This document shows, piece after piece, positions 26,630-39,819 of a DNA stretch of 64,000 bases. The stretch covers positions 736,001 to 800,000 of the forward strand of contig CBDBCZ010000018.1 of assembly GCA_965203295.1 (NCBI GenBank), given 5' to 3'. Position 1 is the stretch's first letter, and each line of letters opens with the position of its first letter. A program made the translations under genes and the position numbers. The notes under the pieces are model-generated. The model ran no database searches, had not been told where the DNA came from, and saw nothing but the letters and a program-made list of their open reading frames with translations. This stretch comes from Nitrospirales bacterium. Lineage in GTDB: Bacteria > Nitrospirota > Nitrospiria > Nitrospirales > UBA8639.

Positions 26630-29015
26630 ACGTCCACATACGTCCACAATAGACCTACTGTAGTGTCTCTTCCATAGAGCATAGAAAGCTGAAGAAGTAT
26701 AATATTATAGGTGTACTAAATGGCTCAGTGCATGGGCAATTCTGTGTTCCAAGCTATACATGTATATAGCTACATGTTTCCAACTAGGCACATGCACACC
26801 CATATTATACGTATGGGTGTGCATATGCCTAGTCAAGCTACACATGTATATACATGTTTCCAACTAGGCACATGCACACCTATATCATGGAGTACGGTAG
26901 TACTCCATATGTAGGGATGGGCCTTGAAAAAAATGGCTTCCCCATTAAATGTGTACAAAATGACATGTTCAGAACTCAGCTGTAGGTGTAGTCTAGGGGC
27001 TAATATGAGCCCTATCAGTCACTTGAGTGATATTATCACTAACCAGTCTATCAGCACTGCTAAAGAAGACCGGTGATGTACCAGGCAACAGGCAAGTGGT
27101 TAAAACTGCATTATAGTCTATATTCTCCGTCTCCGTCGAATTCTTTCAGCCAGGCTAGCACAATAATGGGCAAAGTGATTAGAATTATTCCAACATGAAC
27201 GGGCATGATTAACCCTCGGGTAGTGCCTTTTGGGCATAGCATTTTCAAAGAACTCGATTTCGTCTGGCAGTGATAACGAGCACTCTCGAATGGACGCTTG
27301 CCACTCACACGCCATTTTCTATAGGATGATACACATGCGCAAATTACCTGCCAGTGCATGTTCAGTGGTCTATTTAAAGCCTATACCTTGCATTGTGCTG
27401 TTCAGTCCTTTTCTCGTGCGAAAGTGCCTGAAGTTTGTGTGTTTGTTGATCTTCTTGGAATTTCAAGGTACTTTGTATGCAGTAGCTATGCCTAGTTCAA
27501 CGACTCAGCCTATCAGCATGTTCAGAGAGCCTGTACACTTCCCATTGATGACAAATGGCAGATGTGTAGTTGCCAATGAAATCAGCAGCTCTGAATATGA
27601 AGGCAGTAATGGCCAGAAATGGCACTGTAGTAGTTCAAAGCAGTCACTGAAACAGAAGACTGTCAGAAGTAGCTGCCATAGTTTGAGGACGCTTCTCACC
27701 CAATTCACCCAACACAACTCGGCACTTTATACTGATGACCTCAACGACACCCAGTATAATTCTACCCGTATCAACACGTTCACATACTTCCATACATCTG
27801 CAACACTATACATCACAACACAAACACAAAACAATCCAAACTCAGAAACCTACCGGCCAACCCCACTCATAATAACATTAACACTCCATAACACTCCTGA
27901 CACTTTCGTACCATCTCCCCAAAAAAACGCCCTAAAACAAGTTGCAGAATAAGCACTTTCCAAAAAGTGCAAAAACCAGTCATGTAGCGATGCACTACCA
28001 GCAAAAAACACTTCTCCAAAAACCAATGGGACAAGCGACAATACACACCGAAAGGCGTGCACAGACTATACCCACACATCACAGTGCGAGGCATTTACCG
28101 CGTACCTACCATCCCCACATCTTTCCAACCACACCGATTCCCATCACAAACCATACCACACACCCATACACAACACCCTTCAATACACACCACCATCCAC
28201 AATCATCACCGTCCTCAACCGTGATACCACAACAACCACCCTCACATCCACATCCACAATGATTACATACTTCACAAAACACCACGCCCCACGCCACCAA
28301 ATCTCCACAGCAACACTACTCCCATCAAACCCACTCTGCTCCATAAATCCCACTCACAAGCATAAACCAACCAGAATAATTTCCACAACACCAACACTCC
28401 CAATGAATATCAACGCAACAAACCTTCACACCAACACGAACTGTGGCAGCTACTGTGTATGGTACAAAGTATTTTAGCGTTGTTAGAGAATCTGGTATCC
28501 CGTATCCTATGCAGTTTCCCGAAAGCCGTGTTCCAAAGATTTACAGTAGTGACTACAAAGTCTATGGGAGTTACGTAGCTACCCTCCCTCTCCACTTTGA
28601 GCAAAAGTGTAGCAAAAGTGGGTGCCTGATGTATTAATTTTTGTCTTTCAAGTTGAATAAAATAAATGAATTTCGTAGGGGACCGAAAACATTTAAAGCG
28701 ACCAGAATGAGCACGACAGATTCTATAAACAATAGGGCTTGTAGTGTCTAATAAACAAAACATCACCTCGACCGGCAGATTTGCCTCTCCAGTTGAGACA
28801 TCATCACGTTGTTCTTGCAAACCTAAATGTAACTGCGCCTAGTCGAGTGACAAACTGCAGACTGTTGTTCTTGCATCCAACCATTTGGCATTTTTTGAAC
28901 TGTATTGTCTCCTTTTTTTCTTCTTTGCAACCTCCAATAAAGGAGAGTACATGTGTAACGACTGGGCGCGCGCTCTGCACACGAGGAAGCCCCTGTTTTG
29001 CCCGCGTAATTTCAC

Positions 29016-29392
29016 TTTTGGCCGCTGGCTAGTCTTGCTAACCAGCCCACTTCCTTTCTGATCGCTTACGGATCTGCAGTGGGCGCCTCGCGGGATGAGA
29101 AAGCCTCAGTTTTGCCCGCATGTTTTCTGTTTTGGCCGCTGGCTAGTCTTGTTAACCAGCCCACTTCCTTTCTGATCGCTTTCTGATCTGCAGTGGGCGC
29201 CTCGCGGGACCAGAAAACCCCAGTTTCGCCCGCGTATTTTCAGTTTTGGCCACTGGCTAGTCTTGCGAACCAGCCCACTTCCTTTCTGATCGTTTACGGA
29301 TCTGCAGCAGTGGGCGCCTCGCGGGATGAGTCAAGTTTGCCCGCATATTTTCAGTTTTGGCCGCGGGCTAGTCTTGCGAACCAGCCCACTTC
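29016..29392 (+). repeat. ~113-bp GC-rich tandem repeat, ~3.3 copies
   Basis: ttttggccgctggctagtcttgctaaccagcccacttcc-like block recurs at ~29016, 29130, 29245 and 29355. Confidence 0.9.
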
Positions 29393-29530
29393 CGCGGTGT
29401 GGGCGCGCTGGGCAGTCTTTGCGGTTCCACTCAGCATAGACAGAGTTCTTACCACACTGTCTCCCTGGTTTTGTATATTAAGCAATCGTCTCTGTCTGCC
29501 ATTCCATTTAGTGAGTTGAATGTCAAGTAC

Positions 29531-29780
29531 CACTTCTGACGGATGTACAGACATCTCAAGTGCTGAGAGCAACGGCCGCTGAATATAGTGGTACTGGTTC
29601 AGTAAACGCAACGAGGCCTGGACGACTGTTGTGCTGTCTACACTCTGCCACTTCACTCTCTTCTACTATAAAGCGCAAGGTAGAAAATACAGTAGCTACC
29701 GATAGATTTCTTTGGAGTGCGTTTTACTATAGCTAAGTTCTTGGGGGTCACTAGGCAACAGCTGGAAGCTGTAAAGCCAA
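29531..29780 (+). repeat. ~250-bp segment duplicated at ~32936-33208
   Basis: Shared tacagacatctcaagtgct, caacgaggcctggacga, actctgccacttcactctcttctacta and aagctgtaaagcca. Confidence 0.8.
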
Positions 29781-29829
29781 TTAAATTTATAGTAGTGCAG
29801 AACTTTTCTTGCATTGTATTTTACATACA

Positions 29830-29998
29830 AGTTAAAGCATCGCAGTGGGTGCACTATACGGGAAATATTTCACGAGGGCGTGGTCGAGGGACTACTCATA
29901 GATATAGCCTCACACACTTCTGAGGTTAGGCTATATTAGCCTCAAGACCACGCCCTTGTGCAATGCTTTCCGTGTTGCACGTAAGTGGTGCTTTAACT
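29830..29998. repeat. Long-hairpin repeat AGTTAAAGCA...TGCTTTAACT; related copy at ~30738-30891
   Basis: Nested self-complementary arms (cacgagggcgtggtcgagg / cctcaagaccacgcccttgtg). Confidence 0.65.
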
Positions 29999-32627
29999 GG
30001 GTTAGTGTCATTTACTGAGTGATTGTATTGACGTCTGAGTACTGGTGGTTGAAGGCTTTTCTTCTTCATAAATCATTTAAAAATCAACGTAGAAAGCATA
30101 GCAAGCTACTCTTCTCTGTTCATAGCTATATAATTTTGTTGTGTTTATGTCAGTACACTGCAAGCTTGCCGGTAAAACCGTTTGTGCCTGAAATAGGACT
30201 GTTAGCCTCAGGCCTAGAAAAGAGAGCTTTGGCTCAAGGTTTGACTGGTAGCTAGCGTGTTGTACCCATTTGCTTGGAGAGCTTGTAACTGGTATTGCAA
30301 CCCTTTGCTAGCCGGTTTTTTCTTGCCTTGTTTTGCCTGATGCCTTTCGTGCATTTACCAATCTCTGCATCAACTGCAGCTGGCTGGCTTTGCTCCTTTC
30401 ATGCACCTTTGCTTCACCGTACTTTGTTTCAAATCATTGCTGTAAAGTACAGGTACATGTACATAAGCTGTACTTACTATAGTAGTGCACTTTCGTGTAT
30501 TCTGTTTACAGTTAATTGCAAATAGTTACCTATGACCTGTTCTTTATTTTGTACTTTCTGAAGATTGAGCACTGTGTGCACTTTAGTAAAAATAATATAC
30601 ACTTTGGTACTTTGATCTTGAACAGTGCTAGCTCCATACACTAAAGTGTAGCTAGCTATAGCTACCAAACTTAATTTTTAGGGTGTAAAAAGTATGATTT
30701 TAAAGCTTTAGTATTGATCTGGGATGCTATATATATTAGTTAAAGCACCACAGTGAGTGCAGCACAGAAATTATTCCACGTGGGGTGGGTCAAGAGGCAC
30801 ATACAGCACAGCGCCAAAGGCCAAGTGCTGTATGTGGCTTGAGACACGCCCTGAGTGCAATAATTTTTGTGCTGTACGAACGGATAAGGTGCGACAGAAG
30901 GATTCAAACTTTTTGTTGTACTACATGACTAGTGTACTAGTTACCGTCTTTATTCTAATTACAGAACTGCTCTAATAGAAGCACCAACAGTGGATTTTAT
31001 TTTTGTTCTAATTAAGAACAATCTTTATTTTTAGTGGTGCTTGACTAATTGGAACGAATATGACTGTAGCTACATGTATTTAGTAGCACAGGTAGTATCT
31101 ATGCTAGTAGCCACGGCATCAAATTCAAGTTCCAAGAGTAATGACGGTGTTGCAATGCATTCAATTTAGTATTACTTTGGAAATAATATCCTGTATCCTA
31201 AATGTCCATACTCAAATGTGCTACTGTTCATATCCAAAGGAGTGAAAGTCTCATCCGGAACGAGACGTCTATCCTAATGTATAGCGGAAGAATATTGAAG
31301 TGTTTCCACCCTAGTTTTGGCACTGATTACTCCCATAGTAAACCACTCACATTCGTTCTTTTTGTTAGGACCGCCCTAATATTATAGGAACTATTCTTAC
31401 TCATGAATACAAGAAATGTTCATACTCATGAAGTCTAAATGAGAGACCACTGATTTCCAGACTTCAATTATATTTTGGTGCCATAATTAGAAAAAAAGAC
31501 TTTAGCTACTAGATCGAGAGGACTCCATTTTGAGCGATGTGGGACAGCATGGTAAGCTGAGTTTCAGTGTTTTCGTGCGTGTGTTGACGTTGCCAGCGAA
31601 CCATTTTGTGTCAAAATGGCACTAGGCTCGAGATAGACGGTTGATTTCTAGCTGTTGGTCAGTCTGTTAGTCAGTCTTGCTACAGTTTTTTGAAGTGTTT
31701 ACCTGCTGTAGCTTCATGTGGCTCTTGATTCCTGTTGGCCGATTTAGCTTTTTTCTGTAGGGCTTATTGTGCAAATTGTGCCTTTCGAGCTTTTTTAGCT
31801 TTACTTCAAGAAGTACCAGCTCTTGCCAGAATGGCTTAGGTGATAATTAACTGCATTGCAGGGTGTATGACTCATTATCTAACTTGGGAAAAGTCATCTT
31901 ATGCTTGTGTAGCTAATGTTGTGCTTTACTACTACTGCTTCTTCCCTGAAAATTAATTTGAAACTGTGTAAGTGCTGATGTCCTGGAAATGTTATTATAA
32001 CGTCAACCCCAGTACTGTATTGTTCACCACAGTTCTGTATTTGCAGTACAGCATGCTTGTTCACTGAAATATACAGTACTGTGAGTTCCTTTCATCCACC
32101 CATGCAGTGTACAATAAAGGGGAAGAATAAATATTATTGTGATCAGGATGGTGAAACACCTGGGTGTCTTGTGCTTTTTCTTAACTGGAGATCTTACAAG
32201 CTCCGTATGTGTATGTGGGTGCTTTGTCATTGTGCTACGACAGCAATATGTGAATATCATTTTTTCAAAGTGGGGCTACGTGGGCACCCCTTGTTTGAGT
32301 TTTAGGGCCATAACTCCACCTGCTTCTACCACCCATGTTTTTGCAGAATAGGAATCTCTCCAGGAAAAAAAAAAGTTTTTTAAGACCGTGTCAGGATGAT
32401 ATCCCCCCAAATTAGCATAGATCACGCATGGGTACAAGTGGAGTAGAAAGCCCACTTTTTAAGGCTAGGCCCAACCGGAAGTGAGGAATATTGAAAACTC
32501 ATTACCGTGTACAGTTTTGATGCACATAGCTTGGCAACACTCATTTTTTGCCGGCTGGCTGCAACTGACGTTGTGTGTGTGTGGATATTGTATTGTGCTC
32601 CATAATGTTAATATCTGAATTGTAAAT

Positions 32628-32822
32628 TGGACTGGGATTTACAAATGTCAGTGGGGATTTACAAACAAATACATGTATATTGGTGTGGGTTTACAATATT
32701 GGTGGATATAGAAATAACAATAGGGGTTTACAATTATCAGTGGGATTTAAAATGTCAGTGGGTTTTGCACATGTCAGTGGGATTTCCAAATGTTAGTGGA
32801 GATTTACAGTTATCGGTGGGAT
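32628..32822 (+). repeat. Degenerate ~20-bp tandem repeat
   Basis: Recurring cagtgggatttacaaatgt-like units. Confidence 0.75.
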
Positions 32823-34711
32823 AATCTGTGGAACTCGACGCACAAGTCACGATTTCACATGTCTGTTTACTGTACATGAATGTTCACTCAAATGGCACCC
32901 CATAATTTAAACAAGTTGAGTTGAACATAAAGTAACACTTCTGAGGTCTACAGACATCTCAAGTGCTCGGAGTAATTGCTGCTCTACACTTGCGCCAAGC
33001 CTGGGAAAAATTGTATGTAACGGTTCTGCGAACACAACGAGGCCTGGACGATTGCTGCGCCATCTGATTGTAAACTCTGCCACTTCACTCTCTTCTACTA
33101 AAAGTTAAAGGTAGAAAAAACAGTGATGATAGATTTATTTGGAGTGCATTTTACTGTAAGTCCTAGAGAAGGGTGCACTGTTGGCAGCAGCTGTAAGCTG
33201 TAAAGCCACAGCTAGGTATAGTATAGGATTATTATTATTATCAAGTGTAATAAACTCTCCTAATTTTAGGGTGTGAGAATTGCAATGGGTATGATCATAA
33301 AAAGCTTTTGTGTAAAGCAGTTGTGAATTTTAGCAGTGAATTTGATTGCATTCTGTGTTGAAGGCTCTGAACAACAAGGCTAGTAAACATGATATAGCTA
33401 GATATAGGTAGCTACTTTAGCAGTAATCTGAATGCAACTCTGTGAACCATGGCCACTTGAATGAGTTCAAGAATGGATAACCATGCTCCATTATCCACGG
33501 TTCAAGTAGCAGTTAAGTAAGCATGAAAGCATCAATTTACACACAGTGTAGAGAGTGTGTGTACTAGTTCATGAACAAGGGAAAAATTTAGTGAGCATTT
33601 TGAGCTCCTTGTAAGTAGGTCAGCGCATGAGACCAAAATTTTAATACTTGTAGATGTCTTTGCGGATGGGTTGTGACTTCTGTTATGGAAATGCCCATAT
33701 TTTTTCAATCAGATTTTCCTAATAATAGCTGCCCTCGCTTAAAATTGTATCCTCACTGAGTCCAAAAGTGCTGCACAAAATAGTGGCAACACTCGACTAG
33801 TACTGTGGCGTATAACAGAACGAATGATGTAGCTACAACTGAAGTAGAGTAAACTGTACGGACAACTGCTAGCAAGCAACGTTTTAAGTGCTACGTAGCA
33901 GTTAAACTTTGCTAGCTCACAGTTATTCATTGTAAGAATGAGAGAAACTAGAACGGTGTGCTGCTCACCAATCTACACTTTCAGCCAAAAGAAACGGCTG
34001 GCATTGTACTTTGTGATGACCTAACATCACGAAGTGAGCAGCTACACCACAGCAGCTTAGTAGACCTATACTACTGCTACCTATACGCCATGCACCAAGC
34101 TACAGGCACTTACTTATATACTGCACGAGACCATGTGATGGTTTCTCTTGGTACATTTTTGTTCACCTTAGGTTTCTTTTAGCTAAGGCTTGTAGTGGAC
34201 CTAATAGAATATTCTCACCTGGCGATCATTGACCATTCTTAAATGATAATACACATGTTCTAGTAGGTATAAATGTTGTGTCTACCTGTGTGCATCTGCA
34301 ATACGTATGTCACTTTAAAAACTGGCTGTATTTCATGATGGGACTTTATGATTCTCGCAAAGTTGAGGCACGGGATGCTGTGCAGTATTTATTACGAGCT
34401 AATCAAACACCATTTCGAGGAATTCTCAGAAGTGTTAGCTGAATAGCTATAATATGTTTTTGAATCTCATGTGGAGGAGGCTAGCTACATTAATGTGAAT
34501 GTGGCCACAGCTAGCTATTTTTCTATCATGATTGTAACAACAGGTTTATGAGAACGATACTGCATTTTCCATGTAACCACAACCAAAACCTTACTGTAAG
34601 CTTCTCCTTCCATGAATGAAGGGAAACCATTAGTGACAGAAAAGACTAAATTGCTTATTCTCATTCACACAGGATACTGATTTAGAAATCAAGTTGCTTA
34701 GGAACGTACAC

Positions 34712-37700
34712 ATGGTCATGGTCCATGTTTTCAAAGCACTACTGCTGACATGGCAGAAGCTCTTACTGATTGTCATGCTGGTAACCTCATGCTCTGGTCA
34801 GAGTACCTACTATGTCACACCCACACCAGACACACCATGTCCTGGAGAGCCCTGCCACACCCTCTCCCAATATGGTGAGCAGTACTTCAAGAGTAAAGCA
34901 AATGCAACGCTGGTGTTTCTTCCTGGTGATCACACTCTCAACTTCACCATCTCAGTGGGGTCTCTCTCTCATTCTTGGGATGATGGACAGCTGGGTCACT
35001 ACTACCCTTCCTCTTCCCTCAGTCTGCTTGGAAGCCCCACCTCCCTTCCAAAGATTACTAGCAGGATAGTGTGCACATGGCCAGCTGGTTTTCTGTTTTC
35101 AGGCATCACTGAAGTGCAAATCAATGCTTTGGCCTTCATCACATGTGGACATAATGACAGTGCAGCTCTAAATATTCTGTCAGTGTGGAATATCAGTATA
35201 TCAAACTGTAGTTTTCAAAACAACACAAACAATCGGCCTGAATTAAGTGATTATGGGTTTGGAGGTGCCATTCATGTACACCGTAGTAATCTCAATCTTG
35301 CAGAAAACACATTTCAACTGAATGTGGCATATAGGGGTGGTGCAATTGACATCTCCACAGGCACTACTGTCACTTTTTTAAGAAACATATTTCTAAAAAA
35401 CTCAGGTGATTTTCTTGGAGGTGCTCTTTTTGCAGATACAAATAACACCCTCATTTTCTCAGGGAACATATTTCGGGGCAACTCTGCCAGAAATGGAGGT
35501 GCTCTTTGTATATTTACAAACAGCGCCATAACCCTCACGGAGAACACATTTCATGACAACTCAGTTGGCTTTTGGGGAGGTGCTCTCTTTACACATACGA
35601 AGAACTCCCTCACCCTAACAAAGAACACATTTTATGACAACTATGCTGACATTTCTGGTGGTGCTGTCCATACATTAAGAAGGAACACCCTCACCCTTTC
35701 AGCGAACACATTTGAGGGCAACTCTGCCTTTGGTGATGGAGGTGCTCTTTTTATAAATACAAACAACACCTTAAACCTCTCAGAGAATACATTTCAGGAC
35801 AACTCGGTTTTTTATCCCCGCGGCCGAGGTGGTGCCCTTCATGTACTTCAAAACAACATCGTATTTGTCTCCGAGAACACATTTCAGAACAACTCTGCTT
35901 CATATTATGGAGGCGTTCTGTATGCACATACAAACAACAACCTCACCCTCTCAGAGAACACATTTCAGGACAATTCTGCTGATTCTAGTGCTGGTGCTCT
36001 TTTATCATATGCAAACAACACCCTCACCCTCTCGGAGAATACTTTCAAGGGTAATTCCGCCGTCGATGGAGGAGCCCTGGCAATACTACAAGGCACAATA
36101 TTGTATCTCGCTAACAATAATTTCACAGGAAATACAGCTGAGTCCAATGGTGGTGCAATTCTTTGCCTTATTAATAGCACTTTACAAGTACATGGGCGTC
36201 ACATAGTGTGGAATAATACAGCTCTACGTGGTGGGGGTATTGCTGCATTAGGATGCCAAGTAGTTCTTTCTGGAGATATTACACTTGAGAACAACACAGC
36301 CTATTATGGTGGAGGATTATATGTTCAACAATCAGAAGTCAGTGCATATGCACACTTCGGTAATAATTGCGCTCGTGGAAGTGGAGGTGGAATTTATGCA
36401 TCAATAAGTAATTTACATTTCAAAAAGTATGTTGTGTTTGATGGAAATTCTGCATTGAATGGCGGTGGGCTGCTTTTGTCTGACAGTTCTAAACTTTACT
36501 TTTGGCCAAATACAACTATTCATTTTACCAAAAACTTCGCCCTGCAAAAAGGAGGAGCAGTTCAAGTTGCAAGAAAAAATCCCTTGGATCGCTGTGCTGA
36601 AGAATCCAAATCTTGTCAATTTTTTTTTGGGAGGGAATGTTTCTTCCAAATCTGGACTGCAAGACGCTACGATATTTCTACAAATATTGATAACATAACT
36701 GAACTACACAATATCAGAATATACTTTCAAAATAATACAGCTCTTGAAGCAGGTCCTGTGTTGTATGGTGGTTCAATTGATACCTGTAGTCTTAGCCTCT
36801 TTAGCCCACAGCTTGCGAGCTTGATTCAAACCTATATTTGTCCCAACAGTGGTGAAATATTTGACAACATAACTAACTATGCTGAACAATCTGAAGGCAT
36901 TTCTTCAGATCCACTGTACATCTGCTTGTGTGAAGGTGGCATACCAGACTGTAACAGTAGTGCCATTGCTAGATCAGTGTATCCCGGAGGAACAGTAGAA
37001 GTTGACGTAATAGCTTATGGACAGCGGAATGGAGCAACTCCTGCTGTGGTGCAAATGATCACACCCGGAGATGAGATCACAACTAAGAAGATTGAAAATA
37101 CTCAGAACATCACGAAAGTGTGTACTTCCCTCAATTACACCGTGCAGACACGTACAGAAGGAAGGAATTACAAAATGTCTCTGTATATAGGTCCCTGTCC
37201 AGCTAAAGAAAGGACCGATTTGTCAGGACCGAGTAATGTTATTACTGTGAATGTCACTATATTAGATTGTCCTCCTGGTTTTGAAATTTCCCATTATGAA
37301 CCACGTTGCAACTGTGCACAGAGACTTCAAAGATATACAAACACATGCCAGATATCTGACAGGAAAATAGAGCGTGCTACTGATCATGAGTTTTGGGTTG
37401 GATACGAACAAGACAACACTCTACCCCAGGGTTTGATTCTTCATCCTCATTGCCCTTTTGATTACTGTACATCTAATGAACTGTATTTAACAGTTGATGA
37501 CAGTGATGAACAGTGTATTAACAACCGAGCAGGCCTACTGTGTGGAAAATGTGCTCAAAATTTTAGCCTTGCACTGGGCACCAACCGCTGCTTGCAGTGT
37601 TCTAATGGTCGTCTCTGGCTCATAGTGGTATTTGCTGTTGTTGGTGTGGCATTAGTGCTTCTACTTTTAGTACTGAGACTAACTGTAGCTGTTGGTACAA

Positions 37701-38857
37701 TAAATGGACTGATTTTCTATGCCAATATTGTTGCAATGAACCCGGCAATATTCTTTAGAACACATACTAATGTTCTGACAGTCTTCATAGCCTGGCTTAA
37801 CTTAGATCTAGGAATTGAAACTTGCTTCTATGATGGCTTGGATGCCTATGCTAAAGCATGGCTGCAGTTTGTGTTTCCTTTCTATGTGTGGGCACTTGTA
37901 GGTGTCATAATCATCATTAGTCACTACTCCTCAAAGGTGGCTACCATTCTTGGAACTAATCCAACCGCAGTTCTCACAACACTCTTTCTGCTATCGTACA
38001 GTAAACTTCTCCGGGCAGTCATTATAGCTCTTTCTTACACACTCCTGGAATATCCAAACAGCTCAAAAGTTGCTGTGTGGCTCCATGATGGAAATATTGG
38101 ATATCTCAGCAAAAGGCACATTCCCCTATTTATAGGAGCATTGTTTTTCTTCATTGGCTTATTTCTGCCCTACACGCTATTTTTGTTCTTTAGCCAGTGG
38201 CTTCGGTCTAAGTCTGGACAGTGTAGAATATTTTCATGGGTCAATAACTACAGAGTGATACCTTTTCTGGAAGCATACCATGCACCTTATACTGATAAAC
38301 ACCGTTACTGGACTGGACTGATGCTTCTAGTTCGCTGTGCTCTGTTCCTTCTGTTTGCTGTCAATGCTCTTGGGGACCCCAGTGTTAACCTCCTGGGTAT
38401 TGGCTTTGTTTCTGCTATACTTCTAATTGTCTATGCACTGCTGGGAAATAGAATTTATAAAACTTGGGGCTTAAATACATTGGAACTGTCTTTCATTGCC
38501 AATCTATGCACCCTTGCATTGGCAACTTTATATATTCGTTCCTCAGGAGGTAACCAGGATGCTGTTACATTCACGTCTACCGGCATAGCCTTTGCCACAT
38601 TCATTGGCATTGTTATTTACCACTCAGTTCAGCAGATCAAACATTCTCCACAGCTGTGGAGGAAAATATTCCCACACTATGACACCTATGTGCTTGTCCC
38701 ACAAACTGATGAAAACTCTGACCTCGAGGGCGTGCCTCCACCAAGTCCACCAGACCCATCAGATGGTACTGCAACGGTGGCACATATCAACATCCGTGAT
38801 TTGCTTCATCTGGCAGCGAATGAACTTCGAGAGCCATGCCTAGAAATGGATAACTGA
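34712..38857 (+). CDS. Single-exon membrane protein (~1380 aa): signal peptide, right-handed beta-helix (Pmp-like FxxN/GGA) repeats, Cys-rich region, multi-pass TM C-terminus
   Basis: Uninterrupted ORF with first ATG at 34712; YYVTPTPDTPCPGEPCHTLSQY cap; 17 GG[A/G/V]-type coils; HCPFDYC and NRAGLLCGKC; roughly 8-9 hydrophobic segments; short acidic/Pro-rich tail. Confidence 0.9.
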   Translation: MVMVHVFKALLLTWQKLLLIVMLVTSCSGQSTYYVTPTPDTPCPGEPCHTLSQYGEQYFKSKANATLVFLPGDHTLNFTISVGSLSHSWDDGQLGHYYPSSSLSLLGSPTSLPKITSRIVCTWPAGFLFSGITEVQINALAFITCGHNDSAALNILSVWNISISNCSFQNNTNNRPELSDYGFGGAIHVHRSNLNLAENTFQLNVAYRGGAIDISTGTTVTFLRNIFLKNSGDFLGGALFADTNNTLIFSGNIFRGNSARNGGALCIFTNSAITLTENTFHDNSVGFWGGALFTHTKNSLTLTKNTFYDNYADISGGAVHTLRRNTLTLSANTFEGNSAFGDGGALFINTNNTLNLSENTFQDNSVFYPRGRGGALHVLQNNIVFVSENTFQNNSASYYGGVLYAHTNNNLTLSENTFQDNSADSSAGALLSYANNTLTLSENTFKGNSAVDGGALAILQGTILYLANNNFTGNTAESNGGAILCLINSTLQVHGRHIVWNNTALRGGGIAALGCQVVLSGDITLENNTAYYGGGLYVQQSEVSAYAHFGNNCARGSGGGIYASISNLHFKKYVVFDGNSALNGGGLLLSDSSKLYFWPNTTIHFTKNFALQKGGAVQVARKNPLDRCAEESKSCQFFFGRECFFQIWTARRYDISTNIDNITELHNIRIYFQNNTALEAGPVLYGGSIDTCSLSLFSPQLASLIQTYICPNSGEIFDNITNYAEQSEGISSDPLYICLCEGGIPDCNSSAIARSVYPGGTVEVDVIAYGQRNGATPAVVQMITPGDEITTKKIENTQNITKVCTSLNYTVQTRTEGRNYKMSLYIGPCPAKERTDLSGPSNVITVNVTILDCPPGFEISHYEPRCNCAQRLQRYTNTCQISDRKIERATDHEFWVGYEQDNTLPQGLILHPHCPFDYCTSNELYLTVDDSDEQCINNRAGLLCGKCAQNFSLALGTNRCLQCSNGRLWLIVVFAVVGVALVLLLLVLRLTVAVGTINGLIFYANIVAMNPAIFFRTHTNVLTVFIAWLNLDLGIETCFYDGLDAYAKAWLQFVFPFYVWALVGVIIIISHYSSKVATILGTNPTAVLTTLFLLSYSKLLRAVIIALSYTLLEYPNSSKVAVWLHDGNIGYLSKRHIPLFIGALFFFIGLFLPYTLFLFFSQWLRSKSGQCRIFSWVNNYRVIPFLEAYHAPYTDKHRYWTGLMLLVRCALFLLFAVNALGDPSVNLLGIGFVSAILLIVYALLGNRIYKTWGLNTLELSFIANLCTLALATLYIRSSGGNQDAVTFTSTGIAFATFIGIVIYHSVQQIKHSPQLWRKIFPHYDTYVLVPQTDENSDLEGVPPPSPPDPSDGTATVAHINIRDLLHLAANELREPCLEMDN

Positions 38858-39819
38858 CCATTATGAAAAAAAATGAAACAGTATCAATGCTTGGAATGGT
38901 GTTCACTGAGCAAAGTTTCCATTACATAGCTGCCACCAATTCGCATTGAAAACTCTATTGGTTTGTAAACATTAACTTTTATGATTTGTGCTTTTATTAA
39001 CTTTGCTTCTTTAGCCAATACACAATACTACTGTTTGAATAATTATTGCTACTGTTTACTGTTTCCATTACTTTGTTATTTCTAATGATGAGGACTCAAG
39101 TGTAAAGCATGTACATGATCTTGACTGTACTGTATTGCCATTCCCTATTGAAAGACATTGGTGAATAAAGCAGTATCATGATGAATACAACACGCGTACA
39201 TGAGTTGGTGATTCAGCGCTACGCTTAACTTCAGTAATAATTATTATTGTTTGTATAACAGTTTTTGCATATATACAATGGACACAAAAATAGCAGCTTA
39301 TTAATATTCATGTGCCCAGAGGCTTTGTGTAGAATGAAGCATCAGTATCAGTCCTTTCGCCAAAAAAACTGGCTTCTTTCAAAGTGACTAAACCACTCCT
39401 TTACAACGCATGAACTAATCTAGTGCTAGAAATTCTATTCCAAAAATTTTCAATGAATCTGATTTAGTGCAAACAAAACTGAAATTAATTTATTGGCTTG
39501 CGTAATAAAAGAATAAAGACGATAATTGTATTGATGACGCCAAAGAAGGTAGATTGTTTTGACAAGCGCTACGTGGTAGTAAAGACGGCCAAAAGTTAAC
39601 TAAGCAGTGCTTACTACGTGTACCTAGCTATATACAAGTGCAAACTTGGTGTTGTGAAACTTTTGTATTGTTCTGGACTAAGATCCAAGCCACCTTTCTA
39701 CATCTAGCTATCATCCTACAGCTGAAAATAAGTAAGGAAGAGTTGTTGAGACCAGGTATTTCACTATAAACTGTGTAGGCCAATTATTGTAAGCTGGGCA
39801 ATAGCTAAAGCTGATAGCA

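Noticed and set aside
26913..32477. Possible 5.5-kb element bounded by gg(a/t)tgggcct...aaaa.tgg.ctt inverted ends
   Set aside because: The match is short and gapped, with no TSD or transposase remnant recognised
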